From: a virus
Taxonomy: Duplodnaviria > Caudoviricetes
Reading direction: 5' to 3' (one strand)
IMG/VR virus record: IMGVR_UViG_3300032320_002072
Span: 1 to 35,643 of that record
Length of the DNA: 35,643 nucleotides
The position numbers were made by a program, and so were the translations under genes. Under the pieces are notes generated by a model. The model was not told the origin of the DNA and ran no database searches. It saw only the letters and a list, made by a program, of their open reading frames with translations. Of the stretch, positions 1-9,928 are shown one piece after another (within the stretch, counting starts at the first letter, position 1; each line of letters begins with the position of its first letter).

Positions 1-1902
1 GCATTTGATGATAATATATTATTTGATTATGTAGGAGGACCTGACTCAACATATGGAGATGGTAACACAACTATTTTTAGAGTAGTTAATACTAATTCTA
101 ATTTATCTACCCCAGATAAGGGTACTATAAATTATTTAGAAACTTTAGGATTAACTGATTATATAAAAGTTAATCAAATTGGAGGATTAGTAGATGGTTT
201 ATATAAATTAAAAAAAGCACCAAAACCCGATTTTGCAAGTATGGGGGCTAATGTATCCCCAACTTTAAATCTAAATTCTACAATAAATACAAGTAACGGT
301 TTTGGAAACACTAATGATAATCCCTTTGCTTCTAGTAATAATTTTTCACTACCTCCATTTACCCCACAAAAAATAGATTTATCAGGTGGTAAAGAAAATA
401 TTGATTTTATTGATAATCCTTTTAGTAATAATAAATACCCTAAAAATTCATACCAACAATCTTCTAAAGATTTTATACGACCCGAACAAACTCCAACCGA
501 ATTTGAAGGTACTATAAACCAGTTTAATAACACTATGGGTTATAGTGCTTTATTAGCCGCTAAAGGTAATGATCTTGCAGTATTTGGAAAAACCCAAGAT
601 TTTAGAGCTCAAACTAATGATCCAACTGTTCAAGCATTAGCGAATAGTGTTAGTTATAACACATTTGGTCCTAATGGAGACGGTTTTAAAATGGAATCTA
701 GAATTGGAATTGGTAACCCTGGAGCTAGGCCTAGTGATAAAAGAAATAGTTTTTATAATCCTTTTCCTGATGGGCAAGATAAAATTAATATGTCTCCTAT
801 CTATAGAAGAAGTATTGATACTCCTGTTGAACAAGATGATCCTGCGGTTAGAGATTTAATTAAATTTTGTATAGAAGCTATAGATAATGGTTACCCTAAT
901 GAAACTAACAGAATGCACTTTAGAGCATATATTACTAATTTTTCTGATAATATAGGAGCTGAATGGGATGCTAAAAAATATATGGGTAGAGGTGAAAACT
1001 TTTATACTTACCAAGGATTTACAAGAGACGTTGGGTTTACTTTTATAGTAGCTGCTCAATCCGTTCAAGAAATGGAAAAAATTTACCAAAAAGTAAATTA
1101 TTTAGCATCTACTCTTCACCCAGATTATGAAGTTGGAACCGGATTTATGAGAGGTAGTCTTCATAAATTAACTATAGGAGAATATTTCTATAGAACTACG
1201 GGTGTTATTACTTCTATGAATATAAGTGTAGATGATAATTATCCTTGGGAAATTAAAATGAGACAGCCTGAAGATGAAATTTTAAATATTGTAAATATTA
1301 TTCTTAAAAATAATGATACTAATCTTTCTGATCCTACTAAAAATGATAGAGGACAAATGGAAGTACCACAAATATTAAAAATTCAAATGAATTTTAAACC
1401 TATAGCTCAACATTCTAAAGAAGGTGGATCTTTACCACAAAGAGGTTTAAAACAACCAATCATAGTTTCTGAAGCAGTAGCTAATAATTATTTACAAAGA
1501 AAAGATTTTGAATTTGCTGAACGTGGGAAAAAAGCAACAGCCGCCCCTACTCCTGCTTCAACTACTCCAACATCAACTCCACCATTAACTAATACTGATA
1601 CAACTACTCCTGCAGTTACTACAGCTACTAATGATATAAATACTGCACCTGCTGTTACTACTACAACAACCCAAGCGCCACCATCAAATTCTTGGATACC
1701 TGGAGTTCTTTATGTTGGTGATAATATTACAGGCCCCGCAGGAACTGCTCGTTGGGAAGTAAGATACGCTCTACAAGAAGGTTTCTTTTATTGGGATGTT
1801 ATTGCTCCTGATGGAACAGTATCATCTGGCTCACCATCTTCATTATTATTGGACGTTATTATAGCTGCAAAAGCTGAAGCAACCACAGAAGCGGGTTTAT
1901 AA
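1..1902 (+). CDS. Baseplate/tail-tube initiator-like structural protein, 5' partial
   Basis: Frame 1 is open from base 1 through the ATG at 241, so the gene starts upstream of the window. The segment FRAYITNFSDN..W...YMGRGENFYTYQGFTRDVGFTF resembles tube-initiator domains. It precedes a LysM-like gene and a hub-like gene, and has a Thr/Pro-rich C-terminal linker. Confidence 0.6.
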   Translation, partial: AFDDNILFDYVGGPDSTYGDGNTTIFRVVNTNSNLSTPDKGTINYLETLGLTDYIKVNQIGGLVDGLYKLKKAPKPDFASMGANVSPTLNLNSTINTSNGFGNTNDNPFASSNNFSLPPFTPQKIDLSGGKENIDFIDNPFSNNKYPKNSYQQSSKDFIRPEQTPTEFEGTINQFNNTMGYSALLAAKGNDLAVFGKTQDFRAQTNDPTVQALANSVSYNTFGPNGDGFKMESRIGIGNPGARPSDKRNSFYNPFPDGQDKINMSPIYRRSIDTPVEQDDPAVRDLIKFCIEAIDNGYPNETNRMHFRAYITNFSDNIGAEWDAKKYMGRGENFYTYQGFTRDVGFTFIVAAQSVQEMEKIYQKVNYLASTLHPDYEVGTGFMRGSLHKLTIGEYFYRTTGVITSMNISVDDNYPWEIKMRQPEDEILNIVNIILKNNDTNLSDPTKNDRGQMEVPQILKIQMNFKPIAQHSKEGGSLPQRGLKQPIIVSEAVANNYLQRKDFEFAERGKKATAAPTPASTTPTSTPPLTNTDTTTPAVTTATNDINTAPAVTTTTTQAPPSNSWIPGVLYVGDNITGPAGTARWEVRYALQEGFFYWDVIAPDGTVSSGSPSSLLLDVIIAAKAEATTEAGL

Positions 1903-1952
1903 TTTAAATTGAAATTTTTTGTACATTACATATTTATATTAAAATATAAATT

Positions 1953-2273
1953 ATGCCAAGTAGATATCAAACTATCTCCACTACTAAAAATGATACTGGA
2001 ATAACTTCAACCTCAGGTAAAACAATGTATGTACCAACATACTATCCTGACATTGAAGCCCAACCAGATGATAATTATATCTTAACCGGAGTAACAGATA
2101 GATTAGATAATATAGCATTTGATTTTTATGGAGATGCTACTTTATGGTGGGTTGTAGCTATGGCTAATAATTTAGCAGGGGATTCAGTTTATCCACCAAC
2201 AGGAGTATATTTAAGAATACCTAAAGATTTATCAGGTCTTTTATCAAAATTTGACCAATCAAACAATATATAA
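1953..2273 (+). CDS. LysM-like baseplate wedge protein (gp53/tail X-like)
   Basis: DRLDNIAFDFYGDATLWWVVAMANNL...LRIP motif; baseplate gene context. Confidence 0.75.
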   Translation: MPSRYQTISTTKNDTGITSTSGKTMYVPTYYPDIEAQPDDNYILTGVTDRLDNIAFDFYGDATLWWVVAMANNLAGDSVYPPTGVYLRIPKDLSGLLSKFDQSNNI

Positions 2274-2279
2274 TAAGTT

Positions 2280-4799
2280 ATGGCTAATTTAGATTATACT
2301 AATATTGCTGGTTCTGCCTTTCAACCTTATGTAGCTACTCAAATAGAAAAACGTAAAGCTTTAGTTAATAAAGACTATAGATCTTCTTCAGAACTAAACT
2401 GGTTATCAAATAGAAATGTTTGGATTAGAATTAGTTCAGGTGCTAATGTTTCTCCTGGAAATAAAAGATATCAAGGATTAGAAGGAAACGAATTATCTAA
2501 AAAATACATTCTACAAGGAGGAGTATTAAATCATTTAGGAGGAGCAGATTCTTATACTTTACGTTCAGGAGTAGGTCCTGATGGGGCTTATGGTATAGGA
2601 GGAACTGATTTTGGTTTAGTTCCGATGCCTGGTTTAATTGATATTTCTATTAAAACTGGTGGTAAATTAGGTACCTTAAAAGAAACTACATTTAATTTTG
2701 TATGTCATAATATGGAGCAACTCAATATTATGGAGGCACTTTATATGAAATTAGGATTTGGAGTTTTAGTTGAATGGGGTCATACAAATTATATTAATAA
2801 TGATACTGGAACTATAGAAACTACTCCATTACCACTTCCTTTTTATGGTATTGATACCAAAGAAGAATTAATGGAAAAAATAGCAGCTAATAGAAAAAAC
2901 CATAGCGGAAATTACGATGCTTCTTGGGGAACAGTTAAAAATTTTTCTTATACTCTTGATGGAAACGGAAGATTTAAATGTCAAGTACAATTAGTAGGAG
3001 CAGGAGATATTCTAGAATCATTAAAAGTAAACCTCTCAGGTGAATTTAAAAGTGAAAATCCACCAAATGTAGCATCTGATAATGCTAATACTTCTTCAAT
3101 GTACCCGGTAGTATCAGATAAAAATTTATCTTTATTAAATAGTGCATTATTTAATATTTACCAAAATAATGTTATTAATCAAAATAATATAGCAGGTTCT
3201 TACATAGACTTTAATGACACATATAAAGGCTGGCTAGATTATATATTTGGTGTAGATAACATAAGTATATCTAACTGGTTCAAAAACCCAGAATTAATAA
3301 AAAAAGGCTATAATTTTCGTTTAATTAATACTCCTGGTATGGATGCACCCCATACTAGTAATATAGATTCTATAGTTCCTGAAATTATACCTGAAAAATT
3401 CTTTTCTAGACTTGTTGCAGGGTATGAAATTGATGGGGCAGGTTTGAATAATAATGATGATACAAAACCCGGATTAGAACAAGTTTATATTACATTAGGT
3501 CATTTATTATTACTAATAAATAAATTAGGAATGATATATGAACGAAAAAAAGATGTTACAAGCTCAACTAACCAAAAACCCTATAACTACATAGATGTAA
3601 ACCCTGATACTAATAGATGTTATACATTCCCAGGACATTGTTCTTTAGATCCTACAATATGTTTAATGGGATCACAACAATTACCATTTGGGATAACTTC
3701 TAAGTATTTTGATAATATTAAAAACTATTTTCCTTTTTATGGAAATAATTCTAAAGCTCCTGGAATTGGAGATGCAGACTTAGGAGGAAAATTTATGTAT
3801 ACTTTAGTAAATATAAATTGGGTAACAAGTTTAATGAAAAAATGGAGAACTACTAATACTAAAGGAGATATTTATTTTGTAGATCTAGTTAAAGATATAT
3901 TAGATGGAATCTCTAAAGCTACTGGTGGCTACAATGAGTTTAGAATAGTTCCAGACGATGATACTCAATGCATTAGAATACTAGATGGTAGAAGAACAGT
4001 AGGGCCCGGTCAAACTGTTCCAACTTATACTGAAATACCTATTTTAGGTAAAAAAAGTATAGTATATAATTTTGATTATACTTCTAAAATAGCACCTAAT
4101 ACTGCCGCTATGATTGTAGTAGCGGCTCAAGCTCAACCTTATGGGGTACAAGGAGCAGAAAATGCATTAGCTTTTTCTCACTTAAATAAAGGATTATATA
4201 ATAGACTAGGTACAGTTAGAGTAGATTCAGCTAATGATTCAAATCAAAATGCTAGTACTAATGATAATACTGTACAAAGATATGTAGAATTAAGAGATTT
4301 TATAGAAAAAATATATGATGCTGTAGGAACCGGAGCTAGATCAAGTACTGCTGCTGAAAGTGCTGAAAAAGAAAAAGAATTAGGATTAGAACAAACTGCA
4401 GATGCTAGATTACAATCTGTCCCAAAAGAAAACATAAAAAAATTAGCTTTAGAAAGATTATTAAAAATTAAAGAGGATTTAGTAGATGCAGCTAGATCTC
4501 TAGAAGATAAAGGAGAAAACAATGCTTTACTAAAAGCCTATGAGGATGCTTATAAAGAAATTTCCGACGCAGACATTAATACAATAGCAAGGCAAATATC
4601 TAAATATTCAACGGGTGAATTTCATGAAAGTAGACCTAATGTTGAACTTACAGATTTAGCCTTTAACACTTATATACATGATAAATTAGAAGATTATTAT
4701 GAAGCAGTTAATGGGGAATTTTCTAAAGATACAGTTATTGAAGCAGCTTGGACTGCTTTTGCTTATAAACAAACTGGTAGAAATAAAACTTGGTACTAA
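2280..4799 (+). CDS. Putative baseplate hub protein, N-terminal part
   Basis: 839 aa; PMPGLIDISIK...VEWG...NYDASWGTVKNFSY...GDILESLK pattern; follows the LysM-like gene. Confidence 0.55.
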   Translation: MANLDYTNIAGSAFQPYVATQIEKRKALVNKDYRSSSELNWLSNRNVWIRISSGANVSPGNKRYQGLEGNELSKKYILQGGVLNHLGGADSYTLRSGVGPDGAYGIGGTDFGLVPMPGLIDISIKTGGKLGTLKETTFNFVCHNMEQLNIMEALYMKLGFGVLVEWGHTNYINNDTGTIETTPLPLPFYGIDTKEELMEKIAANRKNHSGNYDASWGTVKNFSYTLDGNGRFKCQVQLVGAGDILESLKVNLSGEFKSENPPNVASDNANTSSMYPVVSDKNLSLLNSALFNIYQNNVINQNNIAGSYIDFNDTYKGWLDYIFGVDNISISNWFKNPELIKKGYNFRLINTPGMDAPHTSNIDSIVPEIIPEKFFSRLVAGYEIDGAGLNNNDDTKPGLEQVYITLGHLLLLINKLGMIYERKKDVTSSTNQKPYNYIDVNPDTNRCYTFPGHCSLDPTICLMGSQQLPFGITSKYFDNIKNYFPFYGNNSKAPGIGDADLGGKFMYTLVNINWVTSLMKKWRTTNTKGDIYFVDLVKDILDGISKATGGYNEFRIVPDDDTQCIRILDGRRTVGPGQTVPTYTEIPILGKKSIVYNFDYTSKIAPNTAAMIVVAAQAQPYGVQGAENALAFSHLNKGLYNRLGTVRVDSANDSNQNASTNDNTVQRYVELRDFIEKIYDAVGTGARSSTAAESAEKEKELGLEQTADARLQSVPKENIKKLALERLLKIKEDLVDAARSLEDKGENNALLKAYEDAYKEISDADINTIARQISKYSTGEFHESRPNVELTDLAFNTYIHDKLEDYYEAVNGEFSKDTVIEAAWTAFAYKQTGRNKTWY

Positions 4800-4815
4800 A
4801 TAAATTAAATAATTT

Positions 4816-5898
4816 ATGGCAGATGTAAAAAAACTTACCACAGATAAAATAGATTCCTGTCTAAATTCATTTAGAGAAGTATTTTCTGATCCTTATAAAT
4901 CAGGAGATGATAATTCTTTTAATTCAGGAGTTATATTACCATTAGATTTTAGTTTAGAAATGGATGGGTTAAGTGGAATAATCCCTCACTCAGCCTTTAC
5001 TATACCAGCAGATTCATTACCCAAATCATACTTAATACAATCAGGTTCTGATCAAGGAAAACAAAAAATTGCTTTTATTTTACACACCATAGAACAAAAT
5101 TTTGGTAGTAATAAATGGACTACTAAAATAACAGGACAAACCCTTAATATTAGATTTGAACCATTAACTGAAGCAGAGAAAGCAGCAATTAAAGCAGCTA
5201 AAGATAAACAAAAATCTTTATCTGATTATAAAGGTGCTGGAAATAAAGTAGATAAAAACCCTCCAGATCCTCCTATTAAAGTAACTAAAGAAATGCGTAC
5301 TTTCGCTGAAGTTACTAAAGCAGTTATTGTTAATCTTGAAGGGGGCTATTACAAAGGTTCAGGTAGTAAAGATAGTAGATATGGTGCTAGTGGTGAAACT
5401 ATGTTTGGTATTGATAGAAAAGCAGGTGGTAGTATAAACACAACTACTGCTGGTAAAAAATTCTGGAAAATTATGGATGATAATAATGCTAGAACTACAT
5501 GGCCTTGGTTATATGTTCCTAAAGACCCAATAAAAAGTGAATTATATAAGTTAGCAATTGAAATAATGAAACCCGAATATGAGCGTTTAATTAATAAATA
5601 TGCAAAAGCTCCAGTAAAAACTTTAGTGGAGTCAGATGGAAGATTATATTATAATATGGTTTACGCTACTTGGAATGGGGAAGGATGGTTTAAAGGATTT
5701 GCAATTATACTTAATAATGCCTACAAAGCAGGATCAACAACATCCGACCAATTATTAACTGTAATAACTAAAGAAAGAATAAGTGGAGGTTATGAAGCTT
5801 ATCAATTAGGAACAGGAGATGGGTTAGGAGAAGATGGTGCTTCTTTAATCCAACAATCAGCATATAAAATAGCAAAAGCTACAGGAGTAGTATTATAA
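4816..5898 (+). CDS. Hub C-terminal-like domain fused to a lysozyme-like (GH108-like) domain; virion-associated peptidoglycan hydrolase
   Basis: N-terminal LPLDFSLEMDGLSGI...WTTKITG segment; C-terminal NLEGGY...SGETMFGID resembles the GH108 EGGY...GET.xGI motif. Confidence 0.6.
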   Translation: MADVKKLTTDKIDSCLNSFREVFSDPYKSGDDNSFNSGVILPLDFSLEMDGLSGIIPHSAFTIPADSLPKSYLIQSGSDQGKQKIAFILHTIEQNFGSNKWTTKITGQTLNIRFEPLTEAEKAAIKAAKDKQKSLSDYKGAGNKVDKNPPDPPIKVTKEMRTFAEVTKAVIVNLEGGYYKGSGSKDSRYGASGETMFGIDRKAGGSINTTTAGKKFWKIMDDNNARTTWPWLYVPKDPIKSELYKLAIEIMKPEYERLINKYAKAPVKTLVESDGRLYYNMVYATWNGEGWFKGFAIILNNAYKAGSTTSDQLLTVITKERISGGYEAYQLGTGDGLGEDGASLIQQSAYKIAKATGVVL

Positions 5899-5903
5899 TA
5901 AAA

Positions 5904-6512
5904 ATGAAATATTTCCCAAAATCACGAATAATAACAAACCAAACCGCTAATCCGGGGCAATTTGAAACTCCTAGTGGCGAAGATTATACTGGTCCTTATT
6001 ATACTACTTTTACAGGAGAATCATTTACAGGAATTGATCCTAGTAAAGGATCTTCAATCCCTTTAACACCAACCCTTTTAAGAAAGGATAATATAAATTT
6101 AGATATTGATACCCTTAAAAAAATTCCATATAATAATTTAAATTCATCTCTAGATGCTAATTTAATAGATCCTACCCCATTTACTCCTCGCCCAACAGAA
6201 GCAGATTATAGAGCAGGCAAAATTACAAGATATATTGCAAGACAAAAAGGTGGTACTCAATTTAGAGTAATGGAAATAGATAAAACCACTTACGATAATT
6301 TAACTAAACAACGAGGTGATCTTAATTACTCGGTTTGGAGAGCAATTTCCATTCAATGGCAAATTTCAGGTCCTCTACACGATGAATTAGTAAACGGAAT
6401 TAAAGTAAGACCCGGTATAATTGATACCAATGAAAAAATATTAAATCAAGCAGAAAAAAATTTTATAGGTATAAAACAATATCTAAGTAATCCAACTCAG
6501 TTTGCTATATAA
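5904..6512 (+). CDS. Hypothetical protein, probably structural
   Basis: 202-aa ORF closely following the baseplate genes. Confidence 0.6.
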   Translation: MKYFPKSRIITNQTANPGQFETPSGEDYTGPYYTTFTGESFTGIDPSKGSSIPLTPTLLRKDNINLDIDTLKKIPYNNLNSSLDANLIDPTPFTPRPTEADYRAGKITRYIARQKGGTQFRVMEIDKTTYDNLTKQRGDLNYSVWRAISIQWQISGPLHDELVNGIKVRPGIIDTNEKILNQAEKNFIGIKQYLSNPTQFAI

Positions 6513-6531
6513 AATCTTTTTCGTATATTTA
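6501..6531 (+). promoter_or_regulatory. Bacteroidota-type -33/-7 promoter
   Basis: TTTG(6501)-N19-TATATTTA(6524). Confidence 0.5.
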
Positions 6532-6553
6532 TTATAAAACAGTTTATAAAGAA

Positions 6554-6628
6554 ATGGGCTACGGTCTTATGGTTGGAATTACAATCTTTGGTTGCATTTT
6601 AGCAATCATAGAATTTAACCGAAAATAA
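6554..6628 (+). CDS. Possible 24-aa hydrophobic peptide
   Basis: MGYGLMVGITIFGCILAIIEFNRK, translated by hand; lies between a promoter motif and the next gene. Confidence 0.3.
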   Translation: MGYGLMVGITIFGCILAIIEFNRK

Positions 6629-6637
6629 AAATTAAAT

Positions 6638-7438
6638 ATGAGCAATATTAAATTAAACGATATCTTAAAAGATATCCTGACAGAATCTACTGAAGAGAAA
6701 ACATATGAAGTTGAATATTGGTATCGTTATGGTGATGATGAAAAAGACTATGATAGCATTGAAGTAAAAGCAGTTTCTGAAGCTGAAGCAATTAAAAAAG
6801 CTAAAGAAAAAGCAAGAAGATTATCAATCCAATCTTCATTTAAAGCAAAACTTAAACCTATAAAAGAAGATTTTAAACGTTTTGACTTTCAAAATACTCA
6901 AGGTGGGGGTGGTAGAAGATTTATTCCTAATCAGGGAATAATTCCTTCATCTATGTTTAATGATAAAGATTTTATGTTAAGTAATGATGGTACTAAACTT
7001 TATATGAATCCTCTTTTAGTTAATGCTATTGTAAATAGTAAAACTTTAACTAATAGAGCAGCTCAAGTTAGATATCAAGAATTTAAAGAAAAAATGGGCC
7101 CTCATTTCCAACAATTTAAAAAAGGATTAGAAGGTAGATTATCTAAAGTTGTAAAAAGTGGAAAACCTTTTGAAGTATGGAATGGAATCGTAATGACTAA
7201 TAAAAAAGGACAAGTTGTTTTTCCTTATAGTGATATAGGAACTATAGCTGAAAATACCTTTAATCCTCGTGAATATCTAATTCAAAAAGCAGGTAAAGCT
7301 GAAGCTGAAAAGATAGAAGCCCAAATAAAAAACGGAAGAGGAAAATACTGGAGTGAGGATTTATGGAACATGTACATTAATTTCAAAACACCAGAAGAAG
7401 TATTTCAAATGATAAAAAAATATTTTACACAAAACTAA
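6638..7438 (+). CDS. Hypothetical protein, possible internal head protein
   Basis: 266 aa; N-terminus IKLNDILKDILTE with L/I-x-E sites. Confidence 0.55.
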   Translation: MSNIKLNDILKDILTESTEEKTYEVEYWYRYGDDEKDYDSIEVKAVSEAEAIKKAKEKARRLSIQSSFKAKLKPIKEDFKRFDFQNTQGGGGRRFIPNQGIIPSSMFNDKDFMLSNDGTKLYMNPLLVNAIVNSKTLTNRAAQVRYQEFKEKMGPHFQQFKKGLEGRLSKVVKSGKPFEVWNGIVMTNKKGQVVFPYSDIGTIAENTFNPREYLIQKAGKAEAEKIEAQIKNGRGKYWSEDLWNMYINFKTPEEVFQMIKKYFTQN

Positions 7439-7449
7439 AATAAATAAAA

Positions 7450-7962
7450 ATGGAAAACACATTTAATTTAAAAAAATTCCTTGCTGAAGGAAAATTATTA
7501 AAAGAAAACAATATTGATACCTTTGAGGAAGCCGGATTTGATTTTGGTGATGGAATACTTGGAGGAGTAGGTTCAGGAGGAGCAGGTTATTATGACTTTG
7601 ATTCTGATAATATTAGTGGGTACAATCTAGATAAATTTGATGAAAAAGCATTTGAAGATTGGTATAATAATTTTACAAAAGATAGCTTTAACAATAGTAT
7701 TTATGCTAAAGAAGATATGGAAGATAATGATATAGATTTTTCAATGCTTCCTAAAGGTATTCACCAACTAGAAGATTTAGATGGAGCAGCAGAAGTAACT
7801 GGAGATGAAGTAATATTATATGCTTATCCTACTCTTAGTGATATGGAAGGTGAAGAAAGACTTCCAATTTTTGGATTAGATAATAATGGTGAAGTAGTAG
7901 TAAAACTTCCAAAAGAAGAAGTAAAAGCCAAATTATTAAATAATGAATTTTCTATATTGTAA
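7450..7962 (+). CDS. Acidic hypothetical protein, possible internal head protein
   Basis: 170 aa; N-terminus FNLKKFLAEGKLLKE. Confidence 0.55.
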   Translation: MENTFNLKKFLAEGKLLKENNIDTFEEAGFDFGDGILGGVGSGGAGYYDFDSDNISGYNLDKFDEKAFEDWYNNFTKDSFNNSIYAKEDMEDNDIDFSMLPKGIHQLEDLDGAAEVTGDEVILYAYPTLSDMEGEERLPIFGLDNNGEVVVKLPKEEVKAKLLNNEFSIL

Positions 7963-7985
7963 AATACAAAATAAATAAAAATAAA

Positions 7986-8017
7986 TTTGGCTCCCGTAGG
8001 GAGCCTTATTATATTAT
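7986..8017 (+). promoter_or_regulatory. -33/-7 promoter with a GC hairpin in the spacer
   Basis: TTTG(7986)-N20-TATATTAT(8010); the spacer holds GGCTCCC-GTA-GGGAGCC. Confidence 0.6.
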
Positions 8018-8032
8018 ACAAAAATAAAGGTT

Positions 8033-9373
8033 ATGTCATTTTGGATAGTAGAAACACAAGATCAATTATCACAACTCCATTCACAAGAGAGTTGTTATAT
8101 TAATGTTATTCCACTGTCATCCAACTACCACCCAATATTAACTAAAGTATCATTAATTTACTATAAACCAAAACATGGTAAAGGATTAATACTAACTATA
8201 AATCATAGTGAAGGATTTTATTTAAGCTTAGAAAAAGTAAAAGAATTTCTTCTAAAACACAAATCAATCTACGTTTTAGATAAAAAAACAACTGCTCATT
8301 TAATAGGGGAAGAATTTTTAGGTGAACATGTTTTAGATGTAAATTTGCTTTCACTATCCACCACCCACACCCCTCCGTATATACAAGATTGCCAAACAAG
8401 CATTCACACTCATTTTGAACGGCTTTATGAAGATAAACCTTATTTAAATTCGATTATCCCAATTTCCAAACACTATGAGACCCAAGAAAAGATATATGAA
8501 AAGATAGTAGATTTTTTAAGTTTAAAAAACTATAACAGCTATTATAACCATGAATATGTTAGGGTGTTCCATGATATCGAGAAACAAGGTATCGCGTTGA
8601 ATATGCCTGTTTTTAGCGAGAATTTCAAGCCTAAAAACGCCAAATTCAACATAAAAGATGATAAAATTTATACTCAATATAACTTGTACAATTTTACCTC
8701 AAGACCTACAAACTCATTTAACGGAATTAACTTTGCGGCCTTAAGTAAAAACAACGGTCAACGAGCTGCTTTTGTATCTCAAAACGATGTTTTATTTGAA
8801 TTTGATTATGATTCGTATCATCCACGTATTTTAGCAAAATTGATTGAATACGAGTTTAATGAGGCCTCTGTTCACACTCACTTGGGAAAAATGTATTTTA
8901 AAACGGAGGAACTAACAGCGGAACAATATCAAACATCTAAAGAATTAACATTTAAACAACTATATGGAGGAGTGTTTGAACAATACAAAGACATACCGTT
9001 TTTTGCTAAAGTGAAAGAATATACAGATAAAATATATCAAGATTTTAATTCCCTGGGATATATAGAGTTGGTTGGAGGGAGAAAATTGTTTGCGCAGGGT
9101 ATTGAAAACGTTACACCTCAAAAACTATTGAATTATATTATACAATCAGGGGAGACTTTTTATAATGTAAACTCGATAAGAAATGTGTTAAGGTATTTGG
9201 AAGGTAAACAAAGTAATATTATATTATACACGTATGATTCGATTTTAGTGGATTATAGTAGAGAAGATGGGAAGGAGGTATTAAAAGAAATAAAGAATTT
9301 ACTAGAGAATGAATTCGGATTTAAAGTAAATGCGAGTTATGGAACAGATTACAATAATTTAAATAAATTATAA
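8033..9373 (+). CDS. Compact family A DNA polymerase-like protein
   Basis: Motif A-like FDYDSYHPRIL, motif B-like SKELTFKQLYGG, motif C-like YTYDSILVD. Confidence 0.75.
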   Translation: MSFWIVETQDQLSQLHSQESCYINVIPLSSNYHPILTKVSLIYYKPKHGKGLILTINHSEGFYLSLEKVKEFLLKHKSIYVLDKKTTAHLIGEEFLGEHVLDVNLLSLSTTHTPPYIQDCQTSIHTHFERLYEDKPYLNSIIPISKHYETQEKIYEKIVDFLSLKNYNSYYNHEYVRVFHDIEKQGIALNMPVFSENFKPKNAKFNIKDDKIYTQYNLYNFTSRPTNSFNGINFAALSKNNGQRAAFVSQNDVLFEFDYDSYHPRILAKLIEYEFNEASVHTHLGKMYFKTEELTAEQYQTSKELTFKQLYGGVFEQYKDIPFFAKVKEYTDKIYQDFNSLGYIELVGGRKLFAQGIENVTPQKLLNYIIQSGETFYNVNSIRNVLRYLEGKQSNIILYTYDSILVDYSREDGKEVLKEIKNLLENEFGFKVNASYGTDYNNLNKL

Positions 9374-9382
9374 ATAAAAGTT

Positions 9383-9850
9383 ATGATTAATACACAGGTT
9401 ATAGACCCTTCATATATTTATTTCCAGTATGACATAGATGTCACTTACCCAGATTTAAAAGATATGAACAAATTATTTTGTACATTTTCAAGTAAGAATG
9501 ACTTGGAAAGTACTTTATCCCTTATACAATCCCAATACAAAATCCTATTTAATAAGATATTTGTCCTATATATTGCCTCTACAGAGGAATACGTTTGCAC
9601 CTATAACATAGATCATAACAACATGACTAATGGGCTGTTAAGTAATACAATTTTACTACACAGAAAAAAGGAATCAAATACCCTTTATACTATAAATGCT
9701 TTAAATGATTTAATCAAATCATTAAATGGAGGAGTATTGGATACTTCCTATACAATCAATTGGATTGATTATAAAAATTGCATATTATTGACACACGCAG
9801 GTGAGTTAAGAAAATTAGATACAAAAATTTACAAGATAATTACTTTGTAA
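9383..9850 (+). CDS. Hypothetical protein in the replication block
   Basis: 155-aa ORF with a GTTATG start context, between the PolA-like and SSB genes. Confidence 0.65.
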   Translation: MINTQVIDPSYIYFQYDIDVTYPDLKDMNKLFCTFSSKNDLESTLSLIQSQYKILFNKIFVLYIASTEEYVCTYNIDHNNMTNGLLSNTILLHRKKESNTLYTINALNDLIKSLNGGVLDTSYTINWIDYKNCILLTHAGELRKLDTKIYKIITL

Positions 9851-9855
9851 AAATA

Positions 9856-9887
9856 TTTGGCTGTCTGAGATATTTTTATTATATTTA
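9856..9887 (+). promoter_or_regulatory. -33/-7 promoter
   Basis: TTTG(9856)-N20-TATATTTA(9880), intergenic. Confidence 0.65.
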
Positions 9888-9928
9888 CGATCACATAAAT
9901 TAGTTTTAACATTTAAATTTAAAAAGTT

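Noticed and set aside
8033-9373. DpoZ / 2-aminoadenine (Z-genome) system
   Set aside because: No purZ-like gene in the window; the nucleotide-modification genes present point to 7-deazaguanine.
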